A DNA stretch of 64,000 nt, taken from assembly GCA_030295235.1 (NCBI GenBank), contig AP026124.1, positions 744,001-808,000 of the forward strand, in the 5' to 3' direction. The notes under the pieces were generated by a model. The model worked only from the letters and a program-made list of their open reading frames with translations, did no database searches and was not told where the DNA came from. The DNA is from Fistulifera solaris. Lineage: Eukaryota. Position numbers and translations under genes: made by a program. Shown piece by piece: positions 1 through 11,138 of this stretch. How positions within the stretch are numbered: the stretch's first letter is position 1; each line of letters begins with the position of its first letter.

Positions 1-871
1 AACGTTGATAAATGAGAGGAATGATCAGTGCGAAGAATTTGACGACACGGACGTTCATATAGCAGATGACACAGTCAAATTGGAACGGGCCATTTTTTTC
101 TCTGCTGCATTTCTAGTGCTCGACTTGAATTTCTTGCTTTGGTGGGCAAAGTTTTGCATCGATCTCAAGAGAGGACGCTCGGAGCCTCGGCTAAAACACT
201 GACTATCACCTAGAGATTAAGATAAAGATAGAGCTTAAGTTCCTTTTCGTATCGTGAAAGCCGTCTTACCAGGAATGCGTTTGATAAGATTGATAAGATG
301 CTCATCGTGCAACACCAATTACGGTACGGTACCGTACCAGTTACGGTACCGTACCGGTACCGGGTACCAGGTCCCTTGTACAGTACAAGTACTACGTACT
401 TGTAATACGGTGCGCCGAGAGTTCTTCATTATTTCGTGACTGGTGTGCAGTCGTGATGAAGTTCCGCCTGAACCTGCACCGGGGTCTATAGTTTTTACGG
501 ACAAGAACGATCCGTAAGAATTCTTCGACATACATATCAGGCTGCTGAAGATAGTTTTATGACAGGAAAGACCAGATTAGACGTACCACGCTTGCAGAGC
601 AAACTTAAGTTACAGGTAGCAGTGGTGGCCCGTTTTTCTTGATGATGATTCATGACTGAAGTCGTGAAAAGGTCGGCTACACTTTGGGTCACCTTGGACA
701 GTAATGGCTATAGTACGATAAGTGGCAGCCATCGGCCGACGTCGGCTGTCGGCTGCTGAAGACAATCTCTCCCATGACCATGGCGCCTCAGGTTTACCCT
801 ATCTTGAGTACCACCGAGCCTTTGTTCTGTACCCTATTCAATAACATCTCGGAAAAGAAAATAAAGGAAAT

Positions 872-2301
872 ATGACTCGTCGTGTCTCCTATTTTTACGA
901 TGCCGAGGTCGGCAACTATCATTACGGACAAGGTAAGATTTTGTCTCGCACGGTCGCGCTGTCTTTGGATCTTCGTCCTTGTCGAGCCGTTTCGAAGGTG
1001 TCAGTCTTTTAATCGAATACTTTCCTTTTTCAAAGATTGCTTACTTCTATATGTCTAATGGAAAATTTTCTCACATTAATTGGAAATTAAGGTCACCCCA
1101 TGAAGCCTCACCGCGTCCGCATGACGCACAACCTCGTTGTCAACTATGGATTATACCGCAAAATGGAGGTCTTCCGTCCTCGTCTCGTCTCCCCGACGGC
1201 TTTGACCCGATTCCATTCGGATGACTACATCAACTTTCTACGTGTCATTACTCCCGACAACATGCAAGATTATATGCGCCAGTTGCAACGCTTCAATGTC
1301 GGGGAAGATTGTCCGGTCTTTGATGGTCTCTTTGAGTTCTGCCAGCTTTACACATCGGGATCGATCGGAGGTGCTGCTCGTCTCAATGAAGACCAGGCTG
1401 ATATTGTTATCAACTGGGCCGGAGGACTTCATCACGCAAAAAAGGCCGAAGCTTCTGGATTCTGTTATGTCAACGATTGTGTCTTGGCGATTCTTGAGTT
1501 GCTCAAGAAGCATGAACGCGTTCTCTACATCGACATTGATATCCATCACGGAGATGGAGTTGAAGAAGCTTTTACGCCACCAATCGCGTCATGACGGCGT
1601 CCTTCCACAAGTTTGGCGAGTATTTCCCTGGCACTGGTGACGTCCTCGACAGTGGTTTTGCCGACGGAAAGAATTACGCAATTAATTTCCCTCTCAACGA
1701 TGGAATGGATGATGAAGCGTATAAAAATATCTTTCGTCCGGTTATTGGGAAAATTATGGAAATGTTTGCTCCGGGTGCCGTGGTGTTGCAATGCGGAGCT
1801 GATTCACTTTCCGGTGATCGTCTCGGGTGCTTCAATCTCTCCGTCAAAGGACATGCCGACTGCGTGGAATATGTTCGAAGCTTCAATATCCCCACGTTGG
1901 TTCTAGGTGGAGGTGGATATACTCTTCGTAATGTGCCGCGTTGTTGGACGTATGAAACCTCCATCTTGACGGGTGAATCGGTGAACGACGAGCTCCCCTT
2001 CAACGACTACTTTGAATATTTTGGCCCTGATTATCGGTTGCATCTTCCTGTGAGTAACATGGAGAACTTGAACTCGCCAGAATACCTTAATCGAACGCGT
2101 AACCAGCTCTTGGAGATACTGAGCCAAGTCGAACCGGTGCCGGGTACTCAAATTCAGACTGGCCAAGTGGAATCGCAACTCAATCCTAAAGAAATGGAGA
2201 TTGATAAGGAGGAAGATGGAGAAGAAGCCGAGCAAGCGGAAGAGAAAGGTGACACCGATGAAGAGGAACGAAAGGAACATCCTGCTGAACTTGCTTCGTA
2301 A
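872..2301 (+). CDS. HDAC1: Class I histone deacetylase (RPD3/HDAC1-like); intron 933-1091; homopolymer frameshift near 1570
   Basis: [10 protein letters not shown]...[12 protein letters not shown] joined across a GT-AG intron. Motifs [35 protein letters not shown] and GGGGYT are present; acidic tail. Confidence 0.95.
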
Positions 2302-3946
2302 CTTAGTCGGTCGCTAGAAAATGAACCTGATTTACTACAATATCAAGAATCGCATTAATGCTTTTTCATGAATTTTCATCTCCAATATCGTTATAAGTGG
2401 CTTTTAGAGTTTGAATTTGATCGATATTGTCGGCTAGAGTGAAAGGGGCGACCGCAACAAAAGCGCCCTTATTATGCAATCCACATTATTGGGCGATAGT
2501 TCAGCGCGCAAGCAGAGCAGTGGACATTAAGCTTCTGCTTGTGCCGTCCAAAGACGAGTGTTAGTGTTAGCATCATGACACGTTATTATTGCATGAAAAC
2601 ACAAGGAAATGAGGTACGCAGAGAAAGGTTTCTAAAAGCAGAAGCAACTACCGGTACCCAATCGACAGCCCCCTAATCTTCGACTACATCATTTGTATAT
2701 CTCGATAGAGATGTGGTATACAGTTGAGCCTTGCAATTTATGATGCATTGCTCAAATCAACTACCTTTCTTTCGAACTCCCTCCAAATAACATCATCCAA
2801 CAAATAATAAACTTTGTTACCTAAATGGTTCTCAATAATAATAACGAGCTTACCTGTACCGGTACTCCATAAATTGGGTAATGGATACTGCTGTGACATG
2901 TGAATGACTTTCACGATTCACGTCTCCGTAGTAGGATACGATACCTGGTACAGCACCGTACCGGAAACCGGTAAGACTACAAAATTAACGACCGCGTACC
3001 TGGTACCTGGTACCAGTTACCGCAACTCAAATCCGGAACAACAAGTATGATCATTCTTGTTCAGTCATGGTTCAATGATAGCCGTCATTTGAACGTCCAG
3101 TATGAAGTATCAAGCATCTTATCAAAATTAGGACAAATTTCATTGATGCCGTAATGTCTTGTTCCACGTTGTACAAAAAGGATGAAACATGACATGTCAC
3201 ATGCTTCATGCTTCGGAGCTGTGAGTCTCGGAAATGCTACGTAGTACATGTTCATTCTTTATGATACTAAGTGACTAAACTAATACTGTACTTGCTTGCT
3301 TCCGAATTGCACTCGGTTAGCCCGTGCACTGTACGCTATACTCAATTGTAAGATATGTTTGATATTATTTGTACACGACTAATCTGTGCTACTCTCCGAA
3401 ACTTTGATTAATTGGACCGAATAATAAAAACAGTTTGATGTAAGAGAAGACCTTCTCCTGAGTAATCTTATCTTCCGATTGGTTTCGTGGAGATTCTACG
3501 AAATAATACGAACCAGTCGAGTTTAGGCACCATTCGATGGATCTCCTTTCATTGTACTCATTTTCGGATGACCGGTATTCGCCAACTTTATTGTTGTAGA
3601 TCTTATATCGCTGTAGCACGTCTCGAACAGGCAACCGTGAACACTCCTTTGTTCTCATTGGTCCAAAGTGAGCGTCTGAAGTGTGTCTGATACCAATCGT
3701 ACACGATGTGCGAATGAAATGCCGTTTCGTTCTCGGCATTTCTTCCCCGCCCCTACAAATTTAACCATATACACGTGACCCTTTTCGCCGCAATTCGGCT
3801 CCTTTCACCAGTTAATCCTCAACCGGTCGAAGACGGCATAATAATCGACGCAAGACCCAGCAACACCACAACAGCAACCACCTGCCGCAAAAATATTCAA
3901 TTGAACAGAAAATACGAGTAGTGCTTTCAATTAAATTAACACAACA

Positions 3947-5076
3947 ATGGACGACAACAATATCGATTTTTCATCAATGCACGATGGTGATTATGACGAA
4001 GAAGTCTACCGTCGCATCGGGGTAGCAGCTCCCAGTTTTGGTGCTACAACGTTCGAGCCATCCTCTCTGGACCCCGAAGCCCTATCTACACAAGCAAACA
4101 AAATTCTTCATCAAGCTTCGCCACCAGAAACGTTTCGCACTGGAGTTTGGTCAGTGACGGATGATCAGATCTCAGAATTGCCTGATTTATATCAACTAGA
4201 CCCGAGCGCTGTGTTCATTCCCGATGAGTCTCCCGAACAGATCACCGCGCGAATCAGCGGAGAGCTCCGTGACCGATCGATTGAAGCCGAATTTGACCAA
4301 GAGCACGCGAAGGCTACTTGCACGACCACAGAGGGCGTTGAATTTCGAATCAAGCTGTATCGTGGCCGAGGAAAGTTCAGCAATGGAACCATCGTAGAGG
4401 TTCAACGAAGGTTCGGCACCGCTGCCAACTTCCATGCAGACACATCTGCTATTCTCGACAGAGCTCGAGGAAAGCAAATTGCGAAAGCTACTTTACGAAG
4501 CGCGAAGGACGTTTTGCCTCTTGTAGCGGACCAAGAAGATGACTACCAACCGGACGGATCTTCTTCACTAAAGATGGTTGCCAAGATGTTGAACCAACCG
4601 GGATACGACTCTCATTTCCTTGCCCTGCAAACTCTCTCTTCACTCACGGACGTTCAAAAATGGGAACGACCACAGTAAAGAGCGTTGCAAAGGAGCTGAT
4701 CAAAGGGAACAATGAAGTGGGAAACAAGATTCTCTCCATGATTCTGAATACCAACGGCGAAGATGAGACATTCAAGCTTCGAACACTAGCCATGACTATT
4801 CTTGCCAACACTCTACAAGCCGTGAGTAAAGAAGAGATCTCGGATTCACTACGAGAGCAGCTTCAACCTGTCCTTCTTCGAGAACTTCGCGCGGCACAAA
4901 AGAACCAGCGAAATGCCGTTCAAGCTGCTAAATGTGTAGAGGCTCTGCTCACTGTTGAAGACAGTAGCTTCGCCGATTACGACGAGGCGTTGAAGATTGC
5001 AATGGAGGTCGGCCGAACAAGACACTTGGCTTTGGAGCGACAGGTTGAAAAGTGCTTCAAGAAGATTCTAGCATGA
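3947..5076 (+). CDS. Uncharacterised protein with a KA1-like domain and helical C-terminus; frameshift near 4658
   Basis: Two overlapping ORFs join at an A-run. EFRIKLYR...IVEVQRRFG..ANFH resembles the kinase-associated-1 fold signature. Confidence 0.6.
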
Positions 5077-5329
5077 GCTGACAGAGCAGATGCTCATTGT
5101 GTTTCATAGTTTCCGTTTGTAGTTGATACTAAAGTGTAAATTACGAACGATATCATTTCAAATTTGACGTGCAAGAAGTACACTTGTAAAACTAGTAATT
5201 CTAGCATGAGCTGACAGAGCAGATGCTCATTGTGTTTCATTGTTTCCGTTTGTAGTTGAAACTGAAGTGTAAATTACGAACGATATCATTTCAAATTTGA
5301 CGTGCAAGAAGTACACTTGTAAAACTAGT
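5065..5329. repeat. 132-bp tandem duplication spanning the stop codon and 3' UTR of the upstream gene
   Basis: 5065-5196 and 5198-5329 both read attctagcatgagctg...aaaactagt, with about 3 mismatches. Confidence 0.95.
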
Positions 5330-5390
5330 GGCATGATGAGCTGCGAATCAAGATAGATTTAGCGTCTCTAATGAATTAAGTAGGGTGTCG

Positions 5391-6881
5391 TCAAGCTGCT
5401 TCATTCTTGCACTTGATACAACCGCAATGAAAGAGATACTTGGCATAAAGTTCTCGTTGTCGTTTGTGCCGTCCAAGCCTTCCTGTGGCGGACTGTGGTC
5501 CAGTTCCGATGTAACTAATAGTAATCTCCTCTCCTGATTCTATGGTTTCTTTGGCAACTAAATCAACATGATTGTCAACAAATTCTTGCGATAAGACCTC
5601 CGCATTAGGACAGCATGAATGGTTGATGCGCGAGATAAGAAGAAAGAGCGCAACAATCTCGGGAGCTACCTGTGCATCAACTTGACGATCCATACCTCTC
5701 TGTAAAGACGATGCACCCAGGGCTCGCGCAACATGGTTTTGCACTCCAAGGTGCTTTGCTGAGTTATCTCGTCCACCAATTGATCTTAAAAGGGCGGCAT
5801 AGTAAGGACGAAATGGACTCTGCGTCCTTATTCCAAATCCATTTCGTGCAGCAATAGATGCCAATCGACCTAGAAGCTCCGACGAAAGTGTTGCTTGCTC
5901 TACAGCAGAAATTGCAAAGCTTTCGACCAAAGCGTCGTAGAGCCATTGTAAGTTGTAAGTCAACTTTCCATCCGCAGTGCATACTACAGGCTCTCCCAGT
6001 TCAAGCGCTGTCAAATCTTCTGCATTTCCGCACATTGTCAGGATTGAATCTTCCATCCAAAGCTTGGATGCTGCGCGAAAATGTTGTACGTTTATCACAA
6101 ACAGGCGGGATGCCAACATGAGAGCAGGCTCCACATCCTCGATCATCTCTTCCTCTATCTCCTTACTTCTGGGTAACTGAGTGTAATAAGGTATCTCTCG
6201 CTGTATATCAGTAAGCTTGCAGCAGTCTCCTGTCTGACTTTGATAATTATTGTAGCAGCCTGGAGAGCAAAAGTGACTCTGACATAATTTGTAACGTCGT
6301 CTACCAAACATGTCTATTTCTACGTTACCTTCAGCCTTTCCATTGGAAAAGACCAGATTGGATATAGGCCAGAGATGAGGAGATGGTAGTTGTTCTGTTT
6401 CCGAGACACAGCAGGAGTGTATCGGTTCCAGAGAGCGAAAGCAAAACTGACAAGCTCGAATCGTGGCCCCAAAAAGTTGACTGGCTACGGCTGCACGCTC
6501 GGTGAATATCACTTGTCCTCTTTCGATCCGTTCGGTTGCGACCAAAACATTCCCTCGACCTTCCGAGGACAGGTCCACAATACGCACGTGAGGACGAAGG
6601 TTGCCTTGCGGATTACTCCTGTGAGAGTTGAGGAAAGCTTCGTCCCAAGGAAAGGATTTCGACACGGAAATATCGTGATGAATAATCTTTTGTGGATTTG
6701 CCTCCTCTTTCTGTCGATTGTTGTGCAGAAGATTTGCATCCGACACGCTACCTTGCTCGGGTAAACTCTGATTGTCCCAAGCATCGTGCGTGAAATCGGA
6801 GGACGTCAATCCACCCAATAAATATTGTAAGCCTTCTTCCGTTTCCCTCGACGAGTCGGAACCGTCTTCGTCATGGGTCAT
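5391..6881 (-). CDS. SET and MYND domain (SMYD-like) lysine methyltransferase
   Basis: Split SET domain (GRGNVLVATERIERGQVIF...RINHSCCPNAEV...GEEITISY), MYND-like CQFC, post-SET YLFHCGCIKC. Confidence 0.85.
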   Translation of the reverse strand: MTHDEDGSDSSRETEEGLQYLLGGLTSSDFTHDAWDNQSLPEQGSVSDANLLHNNRQKEEANPQKIIHHDISVSKSFPWDEAFLNSHRSNPQGNLRPHVRIVDLSSEGRGNVLVATERIERGQVIFTERAAVASQLFGATIRACQFCFRSLEPIHSCCVSETEQLPSPHLWPISNLVFSNGKAEGNVEIDMFGRRRYKLCQSHFCSPGCYNNYQSQTGDCCKLTDIQREIPYYTQLPRSKEIEEEMIEDVEPALMLASRLFVINVQHFRAASKLWMEDSILTMCGNAEDLTALELGEPVVCTADGKLTYNLQWLYDALVESFAISAVEQATLSSELLGRLASIAARNGFGIRTQSPFRPYYAALLRSIGGRDNSAKHLGVQNHVARALGASSLQRGMDRQVDAQVAPEIVALFLLISRINHSCCPNAEVLSQEFVDNHVDLVAKETIESGEEITISYIGTGPQSATGRLGRHKRQRELYAKYLFHCGCIKCKNEAA

Positions 6882-7342
6882 AGTGAATTGATCGAAGGAA
6901 CGAAAGACGCATTCAGTGGTTACAGTCGGTTCTAAGCCAAAGAGCAAAGGTCTTTTGCGATGAAATGAAATGAAATGGCTTCATTTTTTTGACGGTAGGA
7001 AACTTTTCCGCGTCGCACTGTCAACCGTAGAACGTCGCATCCTGCACGATGAGACTTCGTGTATCCCCCAAATAGTTAAATCCCTTTTTCTATAGACCTT
7101 TGAAGTGCAATCAATCGTGAACACGGATCGATCCGAGTGAATGAATGAATCGTGACAACGACATGTGACATGTGTCCCATCAGCTCTCGTCAGTGTGCTT
7201 GGCGAAGAGGGTCGCGTTTTTCCACCGCACACCTCCATTTTGTTGTCATTTCATTTGCATTACTTGTAACCACTTTCATTATCCACGACAATCGTGTTTC
7301 TAATTACTTTCTCTATTTCTCATTCATTTACATTGAAACACC

Positions 7343-8521
7343 ATGCCATCACCCAACTTGAATTCGGAAGACTATTATCAAATTTTAGGAGTTGCGCGAA
7401 ATGCTGACGATGCCGAACTGAAAAAAGCGTATCGTAAGCTGGCCGTCAAGGTAAGTCGATTCATTAATGTAATATTCACACCATCGTACGCGTGTTCGGC
7501 CTGTCTCTCACTTTAACTCTTTTTTTCTGTCGGTCTTCATCATCAATTATAGTGGCATCCCGACAAAAATCCCGATAATGAGGAGGCCACCAAAAATTTT
7601 CAAAAAATATCCGAAGCCTACGCGACCTTGTCGGACAAAAAGAAACGTGACATGTACGATCGGTACGGAAAAGAGGGAGCGAATATGGCGGATCAAATGG
7701 GAGATAATGCTCCGGGAGGACACTTTCCGGGAGGAGGTTTTCATGGAGGTGGAGGAGGAGGCTTTCCGGGGGGTTCGTTTCACTTTTCCGGCGGGCCGGG
7801 TGGTCACATGAGTCAGGAAGATGCCCAAGCTTTCTTCACGTCGTTCTTTGGTCATGATGATCCTTTTGGTGGATTTGGTGGAGGCGGCTTTGGTGGACCT
7901 CGCCGGTCAGTTCGACAGGATCCGTTCGCTTCGATGTTCGGCGGAGGTGGAATGCCGGCTGGAATGCACGGAGGTTTTGGAGGTATGCCAATGGGTGGAG
8001 GAATGCCACAAAGACCACGCGTCAAACGATATGATGCGATTCCTAATGGTACCATTGTTTCACTAAGAGATTTGGTCAGCAAACCGGAACGAAATGGAGA
8101 TCGAGGAGAGATTCAGGATTTCGATCCAGCCACCGGCCGTTACACGGTAATACTAGAAGATACGGATGAAGCGCTGCGTGTCAAACCGAGTAACTTACTA
8201 CAGCATGTACACGTCAAACTGAATGGTATTGAGAGTCAACCGGAACTCAATGGTGCGCGAGGGACTGTTATTGCTTGGAACTCTCACAATGAGCGCTACA
8301 ACATTTACGTCATGGACAAATCTCGCGTTGTGAGTCTCAAACCGACAAATGTGATTCTAGACAACGGCACAGTCGGTATGATTGTTGGTTTGGTGTCGAA
8401 ACCTCATCTCAATGGAAAATATGGTACAATCAAATCATGGGTACGAGATGCGAACCGTTATGAAGTCCAAGTCTCTGCTGATCAAATCTTACGTTTGAAA
8501 GTAGAGAACATCCGCGTGTAA
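7343..8521 (+). CDS. J-domain (DnaJ/Hsp40) protein with a G/F-rich linker and three C-terminal repeats; intron 7451-7552
   Basis: DYYQILGV...[15 protein letters not shown] across a GT-AG intron, with the HPD motif intact. Confidence 0.9.
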
Positions 8522-8601
8522 TTATTTCCCCATAGCGATATCAAAATCATAGATTTTAGTTAGCAGTTGTAGGTTCAATGACAATATGATGAACAAAAGA
8601 A

Positions 8602-10450
8602 CTAGTTTGGGTGACCAGGAAGCGAACCGATCGCGCAGACATCCCATTTCGAACATCTCACCCAGCACTTTCTTAACGGCGTTTGACGGGCGTCGTAAGG
8701 TTCTTCTGCAGCGGCGGCTTTATCGCTCTCGACAAGCATACTGTTATTTTCGATGCTCTCTGCCAGTTGTGGTGTTCGCGTTGTGTCACAATTGTCGCCA
8801 AATAATAGCTCCTCCATTTCTTCAAGCGATAACGCTGCTGGCAAAATTGGTTTCGTTCCATCGTGACCAACCGCTTTGTCCTGGCTACTTTCCTGCATCA
8901 CAACCTCTTTCTCTGGAATGCATTTCGCACCAAAGTATCTGACACGTTCATCACCCAGCATATCTTGGAACAATTTTGCAAGGATATAGCTGGACGACGA
9001 CGGGTCAGTCAAACCGTCATCTTCGCAGCGGTCACATAAGCTATTCAAAGGGAGTTGAAGCGACCGCAACGAGCGGCAATGGATGGTATCGCCTGACTTG
9101 TAACATTTAAGTTCAGACCCTAGAATCGGAAACGTTTGCACGAGAGAATCTTTAGAAAGTAAGCAACGAACCCACTGTTCTAATAACGAAATCTTTGTGA
9201 CAAGATCGTCGCTACTGCTGCTGCTCTCTTGATCAATTGCTTCCATAGAAAGTAAAGCATCCATCAAGTGGACCAAAATGGTTGTTAGAAATCCCGGCCA
9301 TGCCCGGCATGCTGATTGTATCAAAGGCAAGTATCGCTGCTTAAGTAACTCAAAGCTATCGTCCACACCTTGATCATACGCTTCCGCAAATAAAACGCCA
9401 CCGACAATCATTTCATCGAAATCCGGGCCTTTCCAAATCAGATAGGAAAGTAATGCGTGTCGCAAAATATTCAAAGGCACATTTGCTTTGACAAACGCTT
9501 GTCCACACGAGGCACACGTCGATTTTCCCGATGCCAGTTGAATGATTTTGACGGCTTTCCGTGGCTTCTTTTGTATTTTCGCAACGGGTGGCTTTCGTTT
9601 TGGTCTTTTTCTTCTTTTCTTGCGTTTTCTTGGACGTAGATTGGAGGACGGCAAAACGATTGAACGAAGTACCCAGCTTTGATTGTTGAAAAGGGAATAA
9701 GAGCGCTTTCAGTTCTGTCTCCTCGAACTTTTCCTGTTTCCGATCTGGTGGTTCACTCTTGACAGAAGGCTTATCTTCGGGTAGTGTCACCGGTTCCTCG
9801 GTCTCAAACACATTTTGTAGCGCGGCCTTGTGATAAGCTTGCAATAATGAATTCGCGTCGTTCCAATGATCAAGCTTAGCTCTCGCAAGAGGATCCCAAT
9901 AAACCTGACGAAAGTAGTGCAACAACGATTTCGCGGATAGACGCAATACGGCCATTGACGGAAGTTGATTGTGCGTTGATTCGTGTCGAATGCCGACCAG
10001 CCACGAAGGAATACCGAGTTGCTGACACAAGACAGCGACACTCGCAGCGTTCACTCGCTGCTGCTGTAACACATCTGCCAGTCCATTGATGGCACGTAAA
10101 ATAGCACTCGAATAAGCTAGCCTCAATTCCGTCGACGATACGGTTGCCTGCATGTCTCGCAGAATGATCTGAGCTAAGGCTGCAGTTGACTCGATCGAAT
10201 GTGACATGGCATTCGTTCGTGACTTCCAGATATTCACCTGCTGCAACGCATCTTCCAGTCGTGCGATCACTGATGCTCTGTAGCTCTCAGTTTCAGGGGT
10301 GATAATCTGGTCGTTGCTTTGCAACAATTCCGGAGAAAGAAGTAGCGCTTCGCCCACTCGTTCAAATTCAAAAACGTCCCTCCACGGATTCAATCGTGCA
10401 TGTTCGCGAAGCCTCTCATTCCGTCGAAGTTCCTGTGCCGCATCCAGCAT
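8602..10450 (-). CDS. LAS1: Las1-like pre-rRNA processing HEPN endoribonuclease; frameshift around 9500-9650
   Basis: N-terminal PW motif, LRLAYSSAILRAING, IPSWLVGIRHESTH (HEPN RxxxxH), YW, and a C-terminal W..CAIGSLP. Confidence 0.8.
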
Positions 10451-10862
10451 TCTGACGCCGCAATGGAATGTTCGTATGGTTAATGGTTCCCCCGAATGGG
10501 TTTATTGGTTGTAATGAAGTATGAAGAATAAAATTGATGGTTTCGTTGTTAATAAGTAAGGCGGATGTCATATCCGGGTTGTCCCTGAATCGACAAGTTT
10601 CCTACGGCGACTACGCGAAAACCCCGTAGGGATTGCAAGCACATCAACTTTCGCTTTTCTCTTTGTTTGCGCTTGAAAACAAGCAAAATGGCAGATATCT
10701 ATCATGAAATGGAATACATTGGTGAAAGCAAATGTGATTCTCATGTTCATGAGACCCTATAATCAAAGAGCTATGACAGTATTGCTCTTTGTCTTTCAGA
10801 TCCGGGTTGCCCCTGTATCGATAAATTTCTCACCGGGTACTTGTACCAGTACCGGTACGGTA

Positions 10863-10949
10863 CCAGGGAACAGCGTTAAAATTCTGCCTCGTCGTAGACG
10901 CTACGTAGAATCTTGTACTGGGAGGCAGAATTTTAACGTCCTTCCCAGG
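10863..10949. mobile_element. ~87-bp hairpin mini-element (MITE-like), copy 1
   Basis: Perfect 17-bp inverted repeat CGTTAAAATTCTGCCTC (10874-10890 / 10922-10938), extendable to about 28 bp. TA lies on both flanks. A second copy is near 46771. Confidence 0.65.
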
Positions 10950-11138
10950 GTACGGCGGCTACATACGTGAAAACTGCCTAAACTTTCGAAGCACAGCCGT
11001 TTTTTGTTTTTTATACAATTTTGAACGGTTTTATTGACATCGAATGACTTTTTTTATGTTTTATTGACATCGACTGAATGAGGATGCAAATCAATTGTTG
11101 TTTTGACATGTGAGCATAAGCAAAAGAGCCTATTCAAC

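Noticed and set aside
725..756. Near-palindrome GCAGCC..GCCGACGTCGGC..GGCTGC upstream of HDAC
   Set aside because: It is a single short occurrence with no supporting evidence of function.
2942..2950. CCWGG enrichment explained as bacterial Dcm methylation sites or contamination
   Set aside because: The enrichment is specific to the TA-flanked form in intergenic DNA between intron-containing genes.
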